In this document: positions 62,311 to 64,000 of the stretch, one piece after another
How the letters are laid out: each line of letters begins with the position of its first letter
Numbering within the stretch: the first letter of the stretch is position 1
Source: Camelus dromedarius
Taxonomy: Eukaryota
Direction of reading: 5' to 3'
DNA: 64,000 bases
Assembly: GCF_036321535.1 (NCBI RefSeq)
Contig: NC_087446.1
Location: 59,272,001 to 59,336,000, forward strand
Translations under genes and position numbers: made by a program
Notes under the pieces: generated by a model
What the model was told of the DNA's origin: nothing
The model's input: only the letters and a program-made list of their open reading frames with translations
Database searches by the model: none

Positions 62311-64000
62311 CTCTACGTGTCGGGTGAGGTGATGGCAGAAACCTTAACAGTTGCTACCTTTGCAGGTCCATCCCCTAAAGCAGTAGGACCACCCTGATGC
62401 CGGAGCCGAGGGTGCTGTGTGGTCCTCCCACCGCCAAGGCTGGCAGCCATGGCCCAGGCCTGTGCTTCTTACCCTGGGGCTCGAGTAACGTGGGGCTTAG
62501 CAGAGGATTCCAGAAGAGTATAGAAATCCACAGGATAAGCGTCGAATTTCCCAGAAGGTTTGGGAGGGGAGAGGATATTTGTGTGCGTTGAAATAAATGA
62601 TGGTGTGTATGCATATGCAAAATTCTCATGGCTTTTTAAGATAGAACAGAAGAGCGGGGATACTTGAGCTTTGCCCAGGGCGGTGTTACTGGCTCACAGG
62701 CGCTTGAATGGAAGTACTGCCAGGACGTAGCACCGGTTGGAGGCCCCAGGTGGAAGGGCTTCTGCCTGGGGTGCTGCAGGGCTTAGTGCTAGGGACACAA
62801 ATGCCCGTGCGGCCCAGGAAGGGAGCTTTGTAAGGCAGGGCTGCAAGGCGGCGTGGAGGACTGGCCTCTGCACTAAAACCCTCTTTGTAGCAAACAGTTT
62901 GCTATTTTCTCCCCACTATTTGTAGACACGGAGTCAGTTTTGGTTATTTCCTGATTGGTACATACTGACTTGGTCTCATACACCATACAGGCCAGTGTCG
63001 ATGAAATTCATGTTTGTTTCAGGATGAGTGGTCCCTGAGGAAGCGGAAATCATTCCATATTTGTGTGCTCATAAAACAAGGATCTCGGATTCATACCTGT
63101 GGGAGATTTAAATGTTATTGATTAGAATATGACGCTCTCCTCGCCAAGTGCTAATGCACACCAAGTGGATGCCGCCTCAGACAGAATTTCCAAACCTAAA
63201 ATTTCCTTAAAAGTCATCCAGGATGTTTTACCCTGATGTATCATTGATCCTGTTTTGCATGTATGCATGATTGATTATGTTTTCAGGACTGATTCACAGC
63301 GTTGTCTTCCATGTGAGTCCTTCTCCGCTGCTAACTGTGGGCCCACAAGTCAAGAGACGGCCCTTCGTTTATTCAGCTCCCTCTTCCCAGCAGCTGTGCT
63401 AGGGCCCGGCACCGGCGGGTGCTCAGTGAATACTGCTGGATGAATCCGGTGGAGCCTGTCGCTCTCATCCGGTCAAAGCCTGAGCTCCTGATCTGGAGCT
63501 CCTAGGAGCGGGTTCTTTCCCTCTCCCCACATTTCCAGCTGTGAGGAGGGGCCCGCTCGGGGGTGGCAAAATCGACTTGGTGTATGGAGATGAGCATTTT
63601 AAACAAGTTAAGCAGCACAGGGAGAAAAGTCAAAGCGGCTGTCACACGGTAAGGGTAGATACTGACTTTTGTGGTATGTTTGGGTGGACACTGGGTTAAC
63701 AAGATTGACAGTGTCTTTGTAAGTTATGAAGTGTGAAACCTCTAACCCAGTGGAGGTTCCCAGGGAACAGGGAGCAGTGACATGCTCTGTTGCCTCTTGC
63801 CATCACCCCGAGGCCTGGCAGTAGGAAGAGGAGTGTTTAGGCCAGAAGAGAGACATGGTTACCACTCCCAGAACTCCAGGCAGGATCCGGTTCAGGGATG
63901 CTGAAGGGAGCAAGGGGAGAGGTAGGCTTTGTCCCAGGGCTTGTGGGCCACCCCTCCTCATCGGTGGGGGAAGGTTTCCTAAAGGTCAGCTGCAACAGCG

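Larger units (their letters stand above)
1..64000 (+). other. PPM1H: Window lies inside PPM1H (intron 4 to intron 6 by human numbering)
   Basis: One diagnostic exon at 36103-36187. I did not see the upstream exon (...KLYVANAGDS) or the later exon (AYKTIEDEDLKFPLIYGEGKK) in the window, consistent with the long introns of this gene. Confidence 0.9.

Noticed and set aside
1-64000. CRISPR array, operon, defence system or intact endogenous virus
   Set aside because: No regularly spaced repeats, long ORFs or gag/pol/env/transposase frames were seen; the sequence is mammalian intron.

Overview
Mammalian genomic DNA, most likely a camelid, judging from a camelid-type tRNA-derived SINE and a young L1 3' UTR. 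The window lies entirely inside PPM1H (+ strand), the PP2C-family phosphatase that dephosphorylates LRRK2-phosphorylated Rab GTPases. Only one coding exon is readable: 36103-36187 (85 nt, RAIIIRNGEIIPMSSEFTPETERQRLQYL, matching my recollection of human exon 5). The next exon is probably hidden under the N block at 50660-50807. The rest is intron, densely filled with MIR, L2, L1, CR1/L3, MLT1 and hAT/Tc2 MITE fossils. The N blocks look like length-true hard masks rather than assembly gaps. I found no prokaryotic-type system, CRISPR array, intact transposon or novel protein-coding gene, and the other ORFs in the track look spurious. The best leads are small-scale: the masked exon and a masked non-repeat block, two CpG-rich promoter-like patches sharing CACGTGGCGGGG, cryptic splice sites around exon 5, a perfect 15-bp hairpin, and an L1 with a possible mini 3' transduction. 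Repeat family names and human exon numbering come from my memory of consensus sequences, not from a database search, and most old-repeat boundaries are approximate.
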